This document shows, one piece after another, positions 36,208-46,995 of a stretch of 64,000 nucleotides of DNA. The notes under the pieces are model-generated. The model was given only the letters and a program-made list of their open reading frames with translations. It did not search any database and was not told the origin of the DNA. Made by a program: the position numbers and the translations under genes. Every line of letters starts with the position of its first letter. The first letter of the stretch is position 1. The DNA comes from an uncultured Pseudomonadales bacterium (GTDB lineage Bacteria; Patescibacteriota; Microgenomatia; UBA1400; UBA12028), in the NCBI GenBank assembly GCA_964492495.1, contig CAZBKJ010000001.1, positions 2,251 to 66,250 on the forward strand. The letters are read 5' to 3'.

Positions 36208-38787
36208 TTAAGCCACCAATGCGAGCTTCACCACTTCATCCATGTGATCGACAAAGTGTGGCGTAATATCTTTTTTGATATTCTCTGGCATTTTTGCCCA
36301 ATCTTTTGCGTTGGGTTTTGGAGCAATGATCGTACGGATCCCTGCACGGTGAGCTGCGATCACTTTTTCTTTTAGTCCTCCAATTTCAAGCACTCGTCCA
36401 CGAAGTGTTACTTCTCCAGTCATCGCGATATCATGGCGAACTGCTTTTCCAGTAAGAGCTGAGAGAACAGCAATTGTCATGGTGATTCCAGCACTAGGAC
36501 CATCTTTTGGTACGGCACCTTCTGGAACGTGGATGTGAATCTCACTTTTTTTCAGAATCTCATCGGACACTTTGAGTTTCTTTGCATTTGCCTGCACGTA
36601 GGTTAAAGCGGCTCTGGCTGACTCTTGCATGACTTTCCCAAGTTTTCCAGTCAAAATAAGATTGCCACCTTTTCGGTTCGGGATGATTGCGACTTCAACT
36701 GGGAGTGTTTCTCCGCCGACACTTGTCCACGCCATTCCGGTTGCAAGACCTATGCTGTCTTCTTTTTCCATTGACGTATCTTCGTAAATATAAGGACCCA
36801 AGAATTCCACAACTGCTTTTTCATCAACTGTGACGACAGTCTTTTTCCCTTCAGCAATAATTCGAGCAATTTTTCTACATACTTTACTGATATATCGCTC
36901 AAGACCTCTGACTCCTGCTTCTCGTGTGTAGTGACTGATGATCGAGCGAAGTACGTCATCACTGATCTTTACCTGTTTGTCAGTCAATGCATTAAACCCA
37001 ATTTGTTTTGGGAGTAGGTATCTCTTGGCAATTTCAAATTTCTCATCCATCGTATAGCCTGAGTAGCTAATAATTTCGAGACGATCACGAAGAGCGGGAG
37101 GAATCGTATCCAGGACGTTTGCGGTTGTAATAAACATGACCTGAGAGAGATCGAATGGAACGTCGAGGTAGTGATCTTCAAATCCATGGTTTTGTTCTGG
37201 GTCTAAAGCCTCAAGAAGTGCTGCAGATGGATCACCTCGATAATCAAGACCGATCTTGTCTACTTCATCAAGCATAAAGACAGGATTGAGTTTGCCAGCC
37301 TGTTTCATTCCACTGATGATGCGTCCAGGCATGGATCCCACATAGGTACGTCTGTGACCTCGAATTTCCGCTTCATCACGAATACCACCCAACGAGACTT
37401 TGACGAATTCTCGACCCAAAGCCTTGGCTATGGATTTCCCAAGGGAGGTTTTTCCAACACCAGGAGCACCAACAAAACACAAGATTGTTGGCATGTGATT
37501 TCTTTCATGCTTGGTAGGTGTCTTTGATTTGCCTTTGAGCTTATCAAGTTTTTTCTGCACACTGGCAGAAACTGATCCTGAGGATTTTTGTTCCTGATCC
37601 TGTCGAAGTTTCAAAACAGCTAAGTGCTCAAGGATACGATCTTTGACTTCCTCTAGTCCATAGTGATCACTATCCAAAATTTCTTTAGCTTTTTCTAGAG
37701 AAAACATCTTCTTACTCATTTTTCCCCACGGAAGTTCGACCAAGGTATCAAGCCAAGTTCGCACATAGCCACTTTCTGATGACATCTCAGGCATGGCAAT
37801 GAGTCGGCGAAGTTCCTTTAAGGCTTTTTTCTTGATCTCTGCAGGCATGGCGCTTCGCTGAATTGTTTTTCGAAGACTATCGAGTTCTTGTTCTTCTTCA
37901 TCTTCGTCAGAAATATCTCCCAGTTCTCGTTGGATAATTCGCATGCGTTCACGCAAAATATTTTCCTTGGCATGCTTATCAAATTTTTTCTGTGTTTTTG
38001 AGGTGATATTCTTTTCGATTTCTAAAACTTTGATTTCTTCTTCTAGATAGATCAACACGGACTGCAGTCTTTTTTGCACATCACGTTCTTCCAAGAGTGC
38101 TTGTTTTTTCTTGCTAGGTAAATCAAGGGTAGATGCGATTTGATCAGCAAGCTCAGACGGGTTGACTCCGCCCATGAGTTTCATGAAGTTTAGAAACTCC
38201 ACTGGTTTTCCTAAGTTTACGGCTTTTCGAAATTGTGTCGTTAAGATTTTGCACATCGCAGACACTTCTGCATTCTCGATAATGACATCTTCGATCGGTT
38301 CGATCTCACACTCGCTGTAACTTTCTTCAACAAATACTTTTTTAATTTTCACTCGGGTAATTGCATGGACGAGCGCGTTGAGTTCGTGTTCTCCTTTTAA
38401 GATTCGCTCAATCGATGCGATGACACCTGTCTCATAGAGGTCTTTTTGTTCAGGATCATTGGAGTTATCACGTCGTTGTGTTACTAAAACCACATTCTTT
38501 CGTGTGCGAATGGCTTCTTCGATTGCGTTGACTGATTTTGTGCGGGCAAACGCAAGAATATTTTCTGTGTGAGGAAACACAACACCTTCACGTAGTGGAA
38601 CTAATGGAAGTTTGTTGACGGGAATTTCTATTGTGGGAACACTTGGAAGTGTATTTTCTTTTTCTGGTGCTTCTTCCTTAGACGATACAGTTTCCTTTAC
38701 AGAAACTTCATCTTTTTTTACTGGTTTTTTCCCAGAAAAAATGACATTTTCGTCGTTTGAATTGGATGAATCTTTAGGGTCTGACAT
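36208..38787 (-). CDS. lon: ATP-dependent Lon protease
   Basis: LPLVPLR LON domain, [42 protein letters not shown]. Confidence 0.98.
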   Translation of the reverse strand: MSDPKDSSNSNDENVIFSGKKPVKKDEVSVKETVSSKEEAPEKENTLPSVPTIEIPVNKLPLVPLREGVVFPHTENILAFARTKSVNAIEEAIRTRKNVVLVTQRRDNSNDPEQKDLYETGVIASIERILKGEHELNALVHAITRVKIKKVFVEESYSECEIEPIEDVIIENAEVSAMCKILTTQFRKAVNLGKPVEFLNFMKLMGGVNPSELADQIASTLDLPSKKKQALLEERDVQKRLQSVLIYLEEEIKVLEIEKNITSKTQKKFDKHAKENILRERMRIIQRELGDISDEDEEEQELDSLRKTIQRSAMPAEIKKKALKELRRLIAMPEMSSESGYVRTWLDTLVELPWGKMSKKMFSLEKAKEILDSDHYGLEEVKDRILEHLAVLKLRQDQEQKSSGSVSASVQKKLDKLKGKSKTPTKHERNHMPTILCFVGAPGVGKTSLGKSIAKALGREFVKVSLGGIRDEAEIRGHRRTYVGSMPGRIISGMKQAGKLNPVFMLDEVDKIGLDYRGDPSAALLEALDPEQNHGFEDHYLDVPFDLSQVMFITTANVLDTIPPALRDRLEIISYSGYTMDEKFEIAKRYLLPKQIGFNALTDKQVKISDDVLRSIISHYTREAGVRGLERYISKVCRKIARIIAEGKKTVVTVDEKAVVEFLGPYIYEDTSMEKEDSIGLATGMAWTSVGGETLPVEVAIIPNRKGGNLILTGKLGKVMQESARAALTYVQANAKKLKVSDEILKKSEIHIHVPEGAVPKDGPSAGITMTIAVLSALTGKAVRHDIAMTGEVTLRGRVLEIGGLKEKVIAAHRAGIRTIIAPKPNAKDWAKMPENIKKDITPHFVDHMDEVVKLALVA

Positions 38788-38904
38788 AGGTTTTGGCAGT
38801 TTATATTTTCGAGTGCTAAAAGTCAATCGCAAAATACAGGGAAAAACGTGAGCTTTGGGTAATATATCCTTTACATTCTCTCTTTATTCGTGTTTACTTT
38901 TTCT

Positions 38905-39150
38905 ATGTTCCATACAATAGGCGAAAAGGTAGAGGTGGCTGGTGTCTATGCCAAAGGGTATTTTACCCCAAAAAAGCTCAAGTGGGGAACAAAAATCCTT
39001 CAAATAGAGAAAGTTACCCTGGTTTCTGAGATTCGAGATGGAGATACAAAGAAGAGAATCTACTCCTTTACCTCTGGAAAAGAGCTCTACAGGCTGTTAT
39101 TTGACCGAGAAACGGAAGTTTGGGTATTAGAAGAGTTGTGGGTGGAGTAA
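38905..39150 (+). CDS. Small beta-rich protein upstream of dinB (DUF6504-like)
   Basis: FTPKKLKW...IEKV...YRLLFD...W.LE pattern; co-oriented with the Y-family polymerase. Confidence 0.65.
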   Translation: MFHTIGEKVEVAGVYAKGYFTPKKLKWGTKILQIEKVTLVSEIRDGDTKKRIYSFTSGKELYRLLFDRETEVWVLEELWVE

Positions 39151-39381
39151 GGGAGAGAAAGAGGCAAGGGGTCAGAGGCAAGGGGCGAGGTATCAGAGGT
39201 CAGGGGCAAGGAGTCGGGAGATAGCAGGGGCAAGAGGTCAGAGGTCAGGTATCAGGGACGAGGCAAGTTTGTCGTTTATCGAAAGCTAGCAAGAACAGAT
39301 CTTCTCGACTACGGCCAGCTACGCTAGCCTTCGCTCAGGATGACAAACGGAGGGCTTCTCGACTGCGCTCGAAGAATAAAA
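39151..39381 (+). repeat. G/A-rich heptamer tract plus two REP-like palindromes
   Basis: GAGGCAA/GGGGTCA/GAGGTCA/GGTATCA units at 39161-39267; CTTCTCGACTAC[GGCCAGCTACGCTAGCC]TTCGCTCAGGATGACA at 39301-39345; GCTTCTCGACTGCGCTCGAAGAATAAAA at 39354-39381. Confidence 0.8.
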
Positions 39382-39493
39382 GGGAAATTGCCTCAACGGC
39401 AAACTTGAGTAGTCGAAGAAAAAAGTGGGAGATTAGTAGATTAGGACAAACAAACGGGAGAGACGTAAGAGATCAGAAAAAAGAACAATTTCT

Positions 39494-40720
39494 ATGCAAA
39501 AGATTTTTTTTCATGTGGATATCAATGCGTACTTTGCGACCATGCTTCAGCAGGAAAATCCGGCCTTACGAGGAAAACCTGTGGGGGTGGTAAAAGCAGA
39601 AGGACGAACCTGTATCATCGCCTCTTCCAATGAAGCAAAAAAATTTGGAATCGCAACAGGATCGCTCGTCAAAGATGCCAGGAAACTCGCTCCTGATCTA
39701 GTGTTAATCCCAGCGAACTTTGACATCATGCTGTCTGCGACTCGAAAATTGAAAAAGATTTTTGAAGAGTTTTCACCTAGTGTGCATGTATTCTCACTGG
39801 ATGAAGTATTTTTAGATCTTACTGGCTGTGAAGCAATCATGGGAGTGCCGCTCACCTATGCTGACACGATTCAAAAACGGATCAAAGAAGTGTTGGGTGA
39901 GTGGGTGAAGTGTAATGTGGGAATTTCTCACAACAAATTACTTGCAAAAATGGCGAGTGAAATCGCCCCAAAAGGAACTGCTCTCACTATTGATGCATCA
40001 AATGTTACTGAAGTTTTATCCACGGTTGAGTTTAAGGATGTCTGTGGAATAGGAAGGGGCTTGTCAAAAAAACTACACTACTTAGGAGTTCATCACCCAA
40101 TAGAGATTAATTTGCTTGATGACAAAACTCTACACGATACCTTTGGTCCACATTGGGCAGTGGAACTCAAAAAAATTGCACGAGGGGAAGAAACACATTT
40201 GTTTACGCATGAGAAAGAAGTGACGTACCAACAATCAGTCGGGCGAACCATCACGGGGTGGAAGCTCTGTGATGATGAAGAACAGATCCAACGAGTTCTT
40301 CTCAATTTACTGGAAGAAGCGACACACAAGCTTCGGGCTATGGATTTGGTGGGACGAAAAGTAGGTGTATCTTTGTGGGGACATGACAGACATTGGGGAG
40401 AATATCGAACTTTGCAGTATTGGGTACGACATACCGATGAAATTTGGAAACTCCTCTATGATGGGATGTATAAAAAATGGAGACGAGACTTTCCGGTTAT
40501 CAAATTTGGTGTGTGGATTGGGGAGTGTAAACCAACTTCAGTAAGTCCTCAGTGTTTTCTGCCAGAATGGGAAAAGAGAGAAAAGATCTATGGTATAGTT
40601 GATAGTATTAATGATAAGTTTGGATCATTTACGCTCTATCCAGCAAAGCTATTAGGAGCCCCAATTATCAAGCCGGAAGTGACAGGATATTTGGGAGATA
40701 GAGTATATTTAGGGTTATAA
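39494..40720 (+). CDS. dinB: Y-family DNA polymerase (DinB/Pol IV-like)
   Basis: HVDINAYFA, ASSNEAKKFGI, FSLDEVFLD, GISHNKLLAKMAS, VCGIG. Confidence 0.9.
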   Translation: MQKIFFHVDINAYFATMLQQENPALRGKPVGVVKAEGRTCIIASSNEAKKFGIATGSLVKDARKLAPDLVLIPANFDIMLSATRKLKKIFEEFSPSVHVFSLDEVFLDLTGCEAIMGVPLTYADTIQKRIKEVLGEWVKCNVGISHNKLLAKMASEIAPKGTALTIDASNVTEVLSTVEFKDVCGIGRGLSKKLHYLGVHHPIEINLLDDKTLHDTFGPHWAVELKKIARGEETHLFTHEKEVTYQQSVGRTITGWKLCDDEEQIQRVLLNLLEEATHKLRAMDLVGRKVGVSLWGHDRHWGEYRTLQYWVRHTDEIWKLLYDGMYKKWRRDFPVIKFGVWIGECKPTSVSPQCFLPEWEKREKIYGIVDSINDKFGSFTLYPAKLLGAPIIKPEVTGYLGDRVYLGL

Positions 40721-40725
40721 AAAAT

Positions 40726-41424
40726 ATGGCAGAAAAACAAGTTACAGAAAAACAACCTGACCGAACAGTAGTAGGAAGGCTTGTTAACTTCTTTAGACCA
40801 TCCAGGAGAGGACAAGGGCCTGCTCATTTGGAAAATGAACTGACCATATATGAACGATGGCAAAAAATGAATGCTAAAGCTATTGATGCTTCCACACCTT
40901 CCAAACAAGAAGAGGTGATTTTACCTGAGGAAAATGAAGAGCTGCAAAAAATTAAAATGTTGTCACTAGATGACCTTAGAACATTAGATGCCGAAACATT
41001 ACAGGAATATGCGTATCTGTTAGAAAAGGAAATGCAATATTTTAGATCGATGACAGAGTCACAACGAGAGTATGTTATTGATAAATTCAAAAAAAATCGT
41101 ATGTATGTAGAGATGATTAAAACGGCACTAGATGGTTTACAACCAGAGAAAAAAGAAAATAAATATTCGGAAACAGTTGATTCTCTTCTTGCTGGGGTCT
41201 CAACAGTTGTTGAGAAATATGCAAATAAAACGGAAAATGAAATGCAAGCTATTGCATCTGGGAATCTTAGTAGATTTAAGGATGAAATAAAACTCTTAAG
41301 AGAGATAAGATCTACTCTTCATGAGTTAACGCGAAACAAAATTCCGTATCAAAGGGAGTCAATAAAAAATTTGAGAAGAACTGTAGAAAAAATGGAAGAA
41401 ATTGTGCGTTTTATTGAGAGATAA
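40726..41424 (+). CDS. Hypothetical helical protein
   Basis: 232-aa E/K-rich ORF, AT-rich. Confidence 0.65.
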   Translation: MAEKQVTEKQPDRTVVGRLVNFFRPSRRGQGPAHLENELTIYERWQKMNAKAIDASTPSKQEEVILPEENEELQKIKMLSLDDLRTLDAETLQEYAYLLEKEMQYFRSMTESQREYVIDKFKKNRMYVEMIKTALDGLQPEKKENKYSETVDSLLAGVSTVVEKYANKTENEMQAIASGNLSRFKDEIKLLREIRSTLHELTRNKIPYQRESIKNLRRTVEKMEEIVRFIER

Positions 41425-41454
41425 TGCACTCAGATATGAGATTCAAACTTTCCT

Positions 41455-42267
41455 ATGTATGAACAATCGACACCAGATCAAACGTTGGAAGTTGATAATA
41501 CCCGAAAAGGGTATGAGTCTTTCTTTGACAAAATAGATTTTAGCAAGGAATTTCCAAAGCAGGAGTATAGAGGTACATTGGAGAGTGCAATTGACGCTTT
41601 ATCAGAGGAGCTAAAGGCAGATCAACCTGATGTGGCGAGTCTTATTTTGTATCCGCCTCGATTAATGAGAGCAATTATTGATACGAGAGTAGAGTTTCCA
41701 GAGGATGAAGGTTTAATAGATCTCTATTACAAGACGCTTTTAATAATAACTTCGGTATATTCATCGGATGCAAAATCACTTAAATTACTTGGAGATTTTA
41801 GGCGACAATTGCAAGAACAACCTTCTCTACTTAAAAGAGAAATTCAACAGAAAAAAGATGCAGCAAGTTGGTATGCTGGCGAACCAGAAAATGCAGAACG
41901 AGCTGTAGGTCAACTTGAAACATTGACAGGAGGAACGGATATCGTATTTTTACCATTAGCTCACGGAGGTGTTGCAACTGGGTATGATATTTTTCTTCGT
42001 TACATTCAAAATACGTCTTCTATAAATTCTGTTGCTTTTCCTATACGGTTTTCAAGAAATAAGATGAAGGATGAAGAACCACAAGTTGATGAGGAACTAA
42101 AGGATATGATCGGAAAATTCTGTGATGGAAGAACTGTCGTGATTTATGAAGAGGATACGGTTACAGAAAAAACAATTTTATCAGCTGAGGCTTTTTTCAA
42201 AAAAAACTTTCCAGATGCAAAAATCGTTAAATTAAGCAGTTCGGATTCCATTAATTGGAGTTGGTAA
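41455..42267 (+). CDS. Hypothetical protein with C-terminal phosphoribosyltransferase-like domain
   Basis: VFLPLAHGG and VVIYEEDTVTEKTI resemble type I PRTase PPi and PRPP loops. Confidence 0.55.
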   Translation: MYEQSTPDQTLEVDNTRKGYESFFDKIDFSKEFPKQEYRGTLESAIDALSEELKADQPDVASLILYPPRLMRAIIDTRVEFPEDEGLIDLYYKTLLIITSVYSSDAKSLKLLGDFRRQLQEQPSLLKREIQQKKDAASWYAGEPENAERAVGQLETLTGGTDIVFLPLAHGGVATGYDIFLRYIQNTSSINSVAFPIRFSRNKMKDEEPQVDEELKDMIGKFCDGRTVVIYEEDTVTEKTILSAEAFFKKNFPDAKIVKLSSSDSINWSW

Positions 42268-42311
42268 GATATCTAAAATTTTGCATATTATATTTTTTAT
42301 AAGGAGAAAAT

Positions 42312-42725
42312 ATGAGCAACGAGTTAACAGCAGAACAACAACTTCTACAAAAAACAGGGGCTTCAAATGTTGAAGCTGTTCGTGAAGGAATGCATGCTGA
42401 TATAGCAGAAGAATATGTAGGAGAAATAGCTTTAGAACAAGGTTTGGGAAAAGAAGGATACACAAGATTAAATAAGCTACGAAAGAGTATAAATACTCTT
42501 TCTTTTATAGATTTGACAAGTACTCTTGATCAAATGTTCAATGACATTGAAGGCTCCAGTTTGGGTTCAAAGGGAAAAGCTGATGCTTTATTGGCAGTAG
42601 GAGAAGTTGTGAAAAATGCAAAGGCATCGTGGGCTACAGAGTACAGAGAGGATGTTCAAAGAATTCAGGATACGTTACAACAAAAAATCTTTGAATTATC
42701 TGTACCAAAGGTAGACAGAGATTAA
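42312..42725 (+). CDS. Hypothetical protein
   Basis: 137-aa ORF with SD AAGGAG. Confidence 0.7.
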   Translation: MSNELTAEQQLLQKTGASNVEAVREGMHADIAEEYVGEIALEQGLGKEGYTRLNKLRKSINTLSFIDLTSTLDQMFNDIEGSSLGSKGKADALLAVGEVVKNAKASWATEYREDVQRIQDTLQQKIFELSVPKVDRD

Positions 42726-42740
42726 AGATTGTTTATTGTT

Positions 42741-44459
42741 TTATTGATCATACACAACAATCGACTCTTTAAGTAACCCTACATTTGTCACACTGGCTAC
42801 AGCAGTTCCAATTGTCGTGGGTCGTCGAGATTTTTTTTCCTGAATTTCTGCATTTTTTATCGTCTCGTTGTGATCATGCGAATCCGTATTTCCATGTTCA
42901 TCCATAAGTCCGAGTGTGTACTTCATCTCGCAAGCGGGACAAATACTACACTCCCCAACATACGTTGACCTGCATCCATCTGTGCGACAAACCCCTGTAT
43001 GAAATCTCGTATGATCAAGTCCAAATTTGTTGCAAAAAGAACGTAATTCACTCTCAGAAGAAATCCCTTTTTGTGATGCTGTAGAAAGCATGTCAATTGC
43101 TCCTGCTCCAAAGAGCCCATCAATTTTGCCTGTAAGCTGTGTCGGACTGAGATTTTTCATTCCACCAAGTACTGTGCCAGTTCCACAGTCAATCAGTGAT
43201 GTCACACGTGTACCGATATCTGGATAATGAATTGCTCGCAGTCCATCAAGAATATTTTTTGCGGCTAATGGATTTTGGGCATATAAAGGATCTGAAAATA
43301 TTGTTTTGTATGCTTGTAGAAGTTCTTCTACATTGAGTGTATTTGCACGAAGTGCAGAGTGCATGATTGTTTCCGTCGGCTGGGCTAATCGTTCACGAAT
43401 ACTCTTGTACAGATGTGGATACGCTGAAAGAAGTTGTTCTTCAAAATCAAAAATAGACTCTAAATACTCAATCTGAGAATCAAAGGATCGTTCTGTGGTG
43501 GTTATTACATTTTCTCCAACAGGGACTTCTGGGAAATGGCCAAGCTTCTCCACTATGAGAGAGAAAAGTGCGTGGGGAGGATAGTCTTTGTACGCCTGTG
43601 CAAGAATGGAAATTTGCGCGAGGATGTCTGTGGGACTTTCTGGTAGCGGAAAGTGGTTTTCTGCTAGCGTATGAAATTGAGCAATCTCATGGTTTTTGTA
43701 GGCCGTAAAAAATCCAGCTTCTAAAAACACAAAAGAGTCTGTTTTGGGGATGTACACCAGTCGCATGTGCCTTGCGATACTTGTTTCTCCTTTGTGGTAG
43801 GCAAAAAACCGAGGAGAAGTCAGAATCAAGCGCTCTGGATGTTCATACATCTCTACATACGCATCATCACCAAGGCTTGGAAGGAGTGCTTGTAAGCCCT
43901 CTGATACCAATGCATGTTCATCAGAGTTTCGATGGATAAATCCCTTCAAAAGAAGCTCTTGAACAAGAGCCTTTTTGTCTGGATATCCAATATACTGCTC
44001 AATGCCTAAAAGCAGTTTTTGCCACGAGCGTTCCCATGTGGAGAATTCTTGTTTGTACCGGTCTCTAATGAGCGGATGCGGTTCGTTTTCCTGCTGAGCA
44101 TGCTGTCCAGCGATCACATCATTGTAAAAGAGATTGGAGAAGACAATGCGATCTGATTGCTCATTGAGTCCCGGGACTGCAAACGCTCGACTCACAAGAG
44201 TACCGTACTCATGAATATGTTTGGCGCCAATTCCTTCTTGGGTATAGGTACGAATATTGGTACTCAGCAACGCTCGTCGTCGTTCTTTCGCCAATTCTCT
44301 AGAGATCCCAGATTGCAGATCTTGAAGGTATTTTTCAAAAACAGCGAACGCACTGAAATCCTCTATTTTTGGCTTGGATAAGCGCTCGGTGATTTTTTGA
44401 AAAAAAGACCGTTCCGGTGGTGGTTGGTAGGAATGTGGTGAACGCTCAGATCGTAGCAT
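42741..44459 (-). CDS. Large hypothetical protein with C-terminal Cys cluster
   Basis: Long ORF; GVCRTDGCRSTYVGECSICPACE near the C-terminus; start ATG 44459. Confidence 0.75.
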   Translation of the reverse strand: MLRSERSPHSYQPPPERSFFQKITERLSKPKIEDFSAFAVFEKYLQDLQSGISRELAKERRRALLSTNIRTYTQEGIGAKHIHEYGTLVSRAFAVPGLNEQSDRIVFSNLFYNDVIAGQHAQQENEPHPLIRDRYKQEFSTWERSWQKLLLGIEQYIGYPDKKALVQELLLKGFIHRNSDEHALVSEGLQALLPSLGDDAYVEMYEHPERLILTSPRFFAYHKGETSIARHMRLVYIPKTDSFVFLEAGFFTAYKNHEIAQFHTLAENHFPLPESPTDILAQISILAQAYKDYPPHALFSLIVEKLGHFPEVPVGENVITTTERSFDSQIEYLESIFDFEEQLLSAYPHLYKSIRERLAQPTETIMHSALRANTLNVEELLQAYKTIFSDPLYAQNPLAAKNILDGLRAIHYPDIGTRVTSLIDCGTGTVLGGMKNLSPTQLTGKIDGLFGAGAIDMLSTASQKGISSESELRSFCNKFGLDHTRFHTGVCRTDGCRSTYVGECSICPACEMKYTLGLMDEHGNTDSHDHNETIKNAEIQEKKSRRPTTIGTAVASVTNVGLLKESIVVYDQ

Positions 44460-44705
44460 AGTATGTATGCCCGAGTGAGTGTTTACTGTGAGTACCCAAC
44501 AGACGATGTCTGAAGGAAGAAGGAGTAAAACTGTACGAAAAAAAGGGAAAAAAACTATCAAGACAAACCCTTTTCTCGCCCTGCTCGGGGATTTCAAGAA
44601 AATATGTATCGGGTCTGGCTATACAGTAGCGGCACTGCTTGCGGTTTAAACGCAATTCCGATGTGGAGTTTGTTATACGCAGTTTGAAAAAGACAATCAA
44701 GTAGT

Positions 44706-45266
44706 TCAAACCACATCATCTTTTTTTTCTACCTCAAAGGGTCGTTCTGCTGATCCCAGTTGTGCATTGACCGTGCATCGAAGCACGTAGAGAAAATCAG
44801 ATAATCGATTGATGTACTGAAGTATACGTGGAGAAACATTTTCTTGCAGGCTATAGGAAACGATCAGTCGTTCACATCGTCTGCACACAGTTCTTGCGAT
44901 ATCAAGATATGCACCTTCTTCACTTCCTCCTGGGAGTAAAAATTTTGTTGCCCACTGTCCATCTTTTTCTAACTCTGTTTGAAGCAGGTGCACTTGTGCT
45001 TCTAGTTGTTCAAGTTTCTTTTTGTGTAGGAGTGTTTTATGTGAGCCAGCAATTTCTGCTCCAATATGAAAAAGAGTATCTTGAATTTCAAAGAGAATTT
45101 TTTGTGAGGGGGAAGCTGAGAGTTTTACCGCACATAATCCAAGATGAGAATTCAGTTCATCAAGTGTTCCAAGCACTTCAAAAATGAGATTGCTTTTGGA
45201 AAGTCGCTGCCCGTTGGCTAGCCCGCTCTCTCCTTTGTCACCGGTTTTTGTAGAGACTGATTGCAT
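44706..45266 (-). CDS. PduO-type ATP:cob(I)alamin adenosyltransferase
   Basis: TKTGDKGES, GTLDELNS, FLLPGG, RTVCRRCER, YINRLSD. Confidence 0.93.
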   Translation of the reverse strand: MQSVSTKTGDKGESGLANGQRLSKSNLIFEVLGTLDELNSHLGLCAVKLSASPSQKILFEIQDTLFHIGAEIAGSHKTLLHKKKLEQLEAQVHLLQTELEKDGQWATKFLLPGGSEEGAYLDIARTVCRRCERLIVSYSLQENVSPRILQYINRLSDFLYVLRCTVNAQLGSAERPFEVEKKDDVV

Positions 45267-45269
45267 AGG

Positions 45270-45953
45270 TTAGATTTTACTTCCTCCAAAAATAAAAACG
45301 ACAGCAAGTCCTTGAATCCCGATACCCACATGACTCCACGCGGTATTTAACTGGTTTTTGTTGTGCCCTTCGTCAGACGCATAGATCCATTCGATTTGAT
45401 GGACACCAATGAGCTTGTATCCGTATCCAGAGTTTTCACCCAATGACCAAAATCCTAGCGCCCGTACATTATCTTCACTCTCAACATATTCGATAAAACC
45501 TTTGTGCTTATCGGTTGTTTTGATGAAGTTGAGATGTTTGGCTCGATCTGATGCAAAGGAAGCCAGTCTGTCATCCCACGTCAGGGGTCCCGCACTATGG
45601 CGCTCTCTATATGCATTAAGCGCTTGCAAGGTCTCCTGTGGAGTCGCCATGCGTTCGTCTTCCCCGATCTTCATAGTCCACGTTACATCATCAATTTGCT
45701 GTGCAACTCCCCAAGGTCGCGTATCTGCAGGTTGGGTTTTCTTTACAGCCGGCTTTGGAGAAGGCGCGAGTGTAGCGACTATTGATTCTTCTGGCAACTC
45801 TACAGACAGAGAAGTGGGGGAAGGAGAAACAACTGGAATCGACTCATATGACGGAAATCTCAGCTGATCCCCAAACTCTGAAAGCAAGAATAGATCCACT
45901 CCTGCCAACACACTTAAGATAGTTATTCGTAGTGCGAATTTTTTCGACATCAT
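45270..45953 (-). CDS. CAP/SCP domain exported protein
   Basis: ALNAYRERHSAGPLTWDDRL, LGEN, W..S..H..N.L...WSHVGIG. Confidence 0.85.
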   Translation of the reverse strand: MMSKKFALRITILSVLAGVDLFLLSEFGDQLRFPSYESIPVVSPSPTSLSVELPEESIVATLAPSPKPAVKKTQPADTRPWGVAQQIDDVTWTMKIGEDERMATPQETLQALNAYRERHSAGPLTWDDRLASFASDRAKHLNFIKTTDKHKGFIEYVESEDNVRALGFWSLGENSGYGYKLIGVHQIEWIYASDEGHNKNQLNTAWSHVGIGIQGLAVVFIFGGSKI

Positions 45954-46011
45954 TATCCCTCTATTGTACCGGAAAGAAGATAATGGGTCATTTCAGTTGT
46001 ATACTGAGCTC

Positions 46012-46371
46012 ATGAATAAACGCGCCATGTATTTTCTTCTGAGTTTTTTGTGTGTTGGCCTCGCTTTGTTACTTGCGACTCGTACATTTTTTTCGGTGCG
46101 ACATAGGCCATTTCCCTTGCCGCGAGAAACAAATAGTAGTCTGATCCAAGACTGGATGACAATAACGTATGTATCAAGAACATACGGAGTCCCGGATCGA
46201 GTTTTTGCTGAAAAACTTTCGATTGATGAGAGCAAGCTTCGCAGAGTAAGCATCAAAGAACTTGCCCGATCAGAATCAATAGACACTGCAACACTTCTCA
46301 TCAAAATTCAAGAAATCATTCGTGATTTTCAAGCTGAACATACAGCCCCACCCAAACCACCACAACCATAA
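46012..46371 (+). CDS. Hypothetical membrane-anchored protein
   Basis: N-terminal TM, IQDWMTITYVSRTYGVP; directly upstream of the DedA gene. Confidence 0.7.
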   Translation: MNKRAMYFLLSFLCVGLALLLATRTFFSVRHRPFPLPRETNSSLIQDWMTITYVSRTYGVPDRVFAEKLSIDESKLRRVSIKELARSESIDTATLLIKIQEIIRDFQAEHTAPPKPPQP

Positions 46372-46995
46372 ATGACTCAAATACTTCACATTTTCTTGAC
46401 ACTGCTTTTACTCTACGGATATCCTGTAGTTGCCTTGATCGTGTTTGTCGGTACCCTGGGCATTCCACTCCCTGTAACGTCGATTTTGTTAGCTGCAGGA
46501 TCATTTAGCAGTGAGGGGATTCTCAATGGCTATGTTTTGGTAGCCACAATCACAATTACTGCAGTTATTGGAGACATTCTTGGGTATTTTGTCGGCTTAA
46601 AAGTGGGGAAGGAGAGGATAGAGCTTCATGGTAAAAGGCTGGGATTCACTGCTACTCGTCTTTTACATGTAGATGTCTTTTTTCACAAATGGGGTGGAGG
46701 AAGTATTTTTATTTCTCGCTGGTTGATTACACCCCTGTGTGTCCCAATTAATTTGATTGCTGGAATTGAGAAATATTCTTTCAAAAAATTCTTACTTTAT
46801 GTGATTTCAGGAGAGTTGTTGTGGGCGAGTATGTATACCTACTTAGGGTATATATTTGGAGCAAACTGGCAAGTACTTTTAGACTATATTTCCAATGCTC
46901 CACTAATCTTCGCGCTTCTTTTTACTGCATTCTTCTTACTTTTTTTGGCAGTGCGAATGAAAAGGAGAGGAAAAATTATTCATTTGAGCAAATAA
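46372..46995 (+). CDS. DedA family membrane protein
   Basis: GIPLP...LLAAG, GDILGYFVG, FFHKWGG.SIFISRW, AG. Confidence 0.92.
   Translation: MTQILHIFLTLLLLYGYPVVALIVFVGTLGIPLPVTSILLAAGSFSSEGILNGYVLVATITITAVIGDILGYFVGLKVGKERIELHGKRLGFTATRLLHVDVFFHKWGGGSIFISRWLITPLCVPINLIAGIEKYSFKKFLLYVISGELLWASMYTYLGYIFGANWQVLLDYISNAPLIFALLFTAFFLLFLAVRMKRRGKIIHLSK

Noticed and set aside
39161-39267. CRISPR array or coding repeat
   Set aside because: Units are about 7 nt and degenerate, with no spacers and no cas genes.
44506-44649. 47-aa ORF MSEGRRSKTVRKKGKK...TVAALLAV
   Set aside because: Plausible small basic/hydrophobic peptide, but no SD or well-placed -10 box and no recognisable homology.
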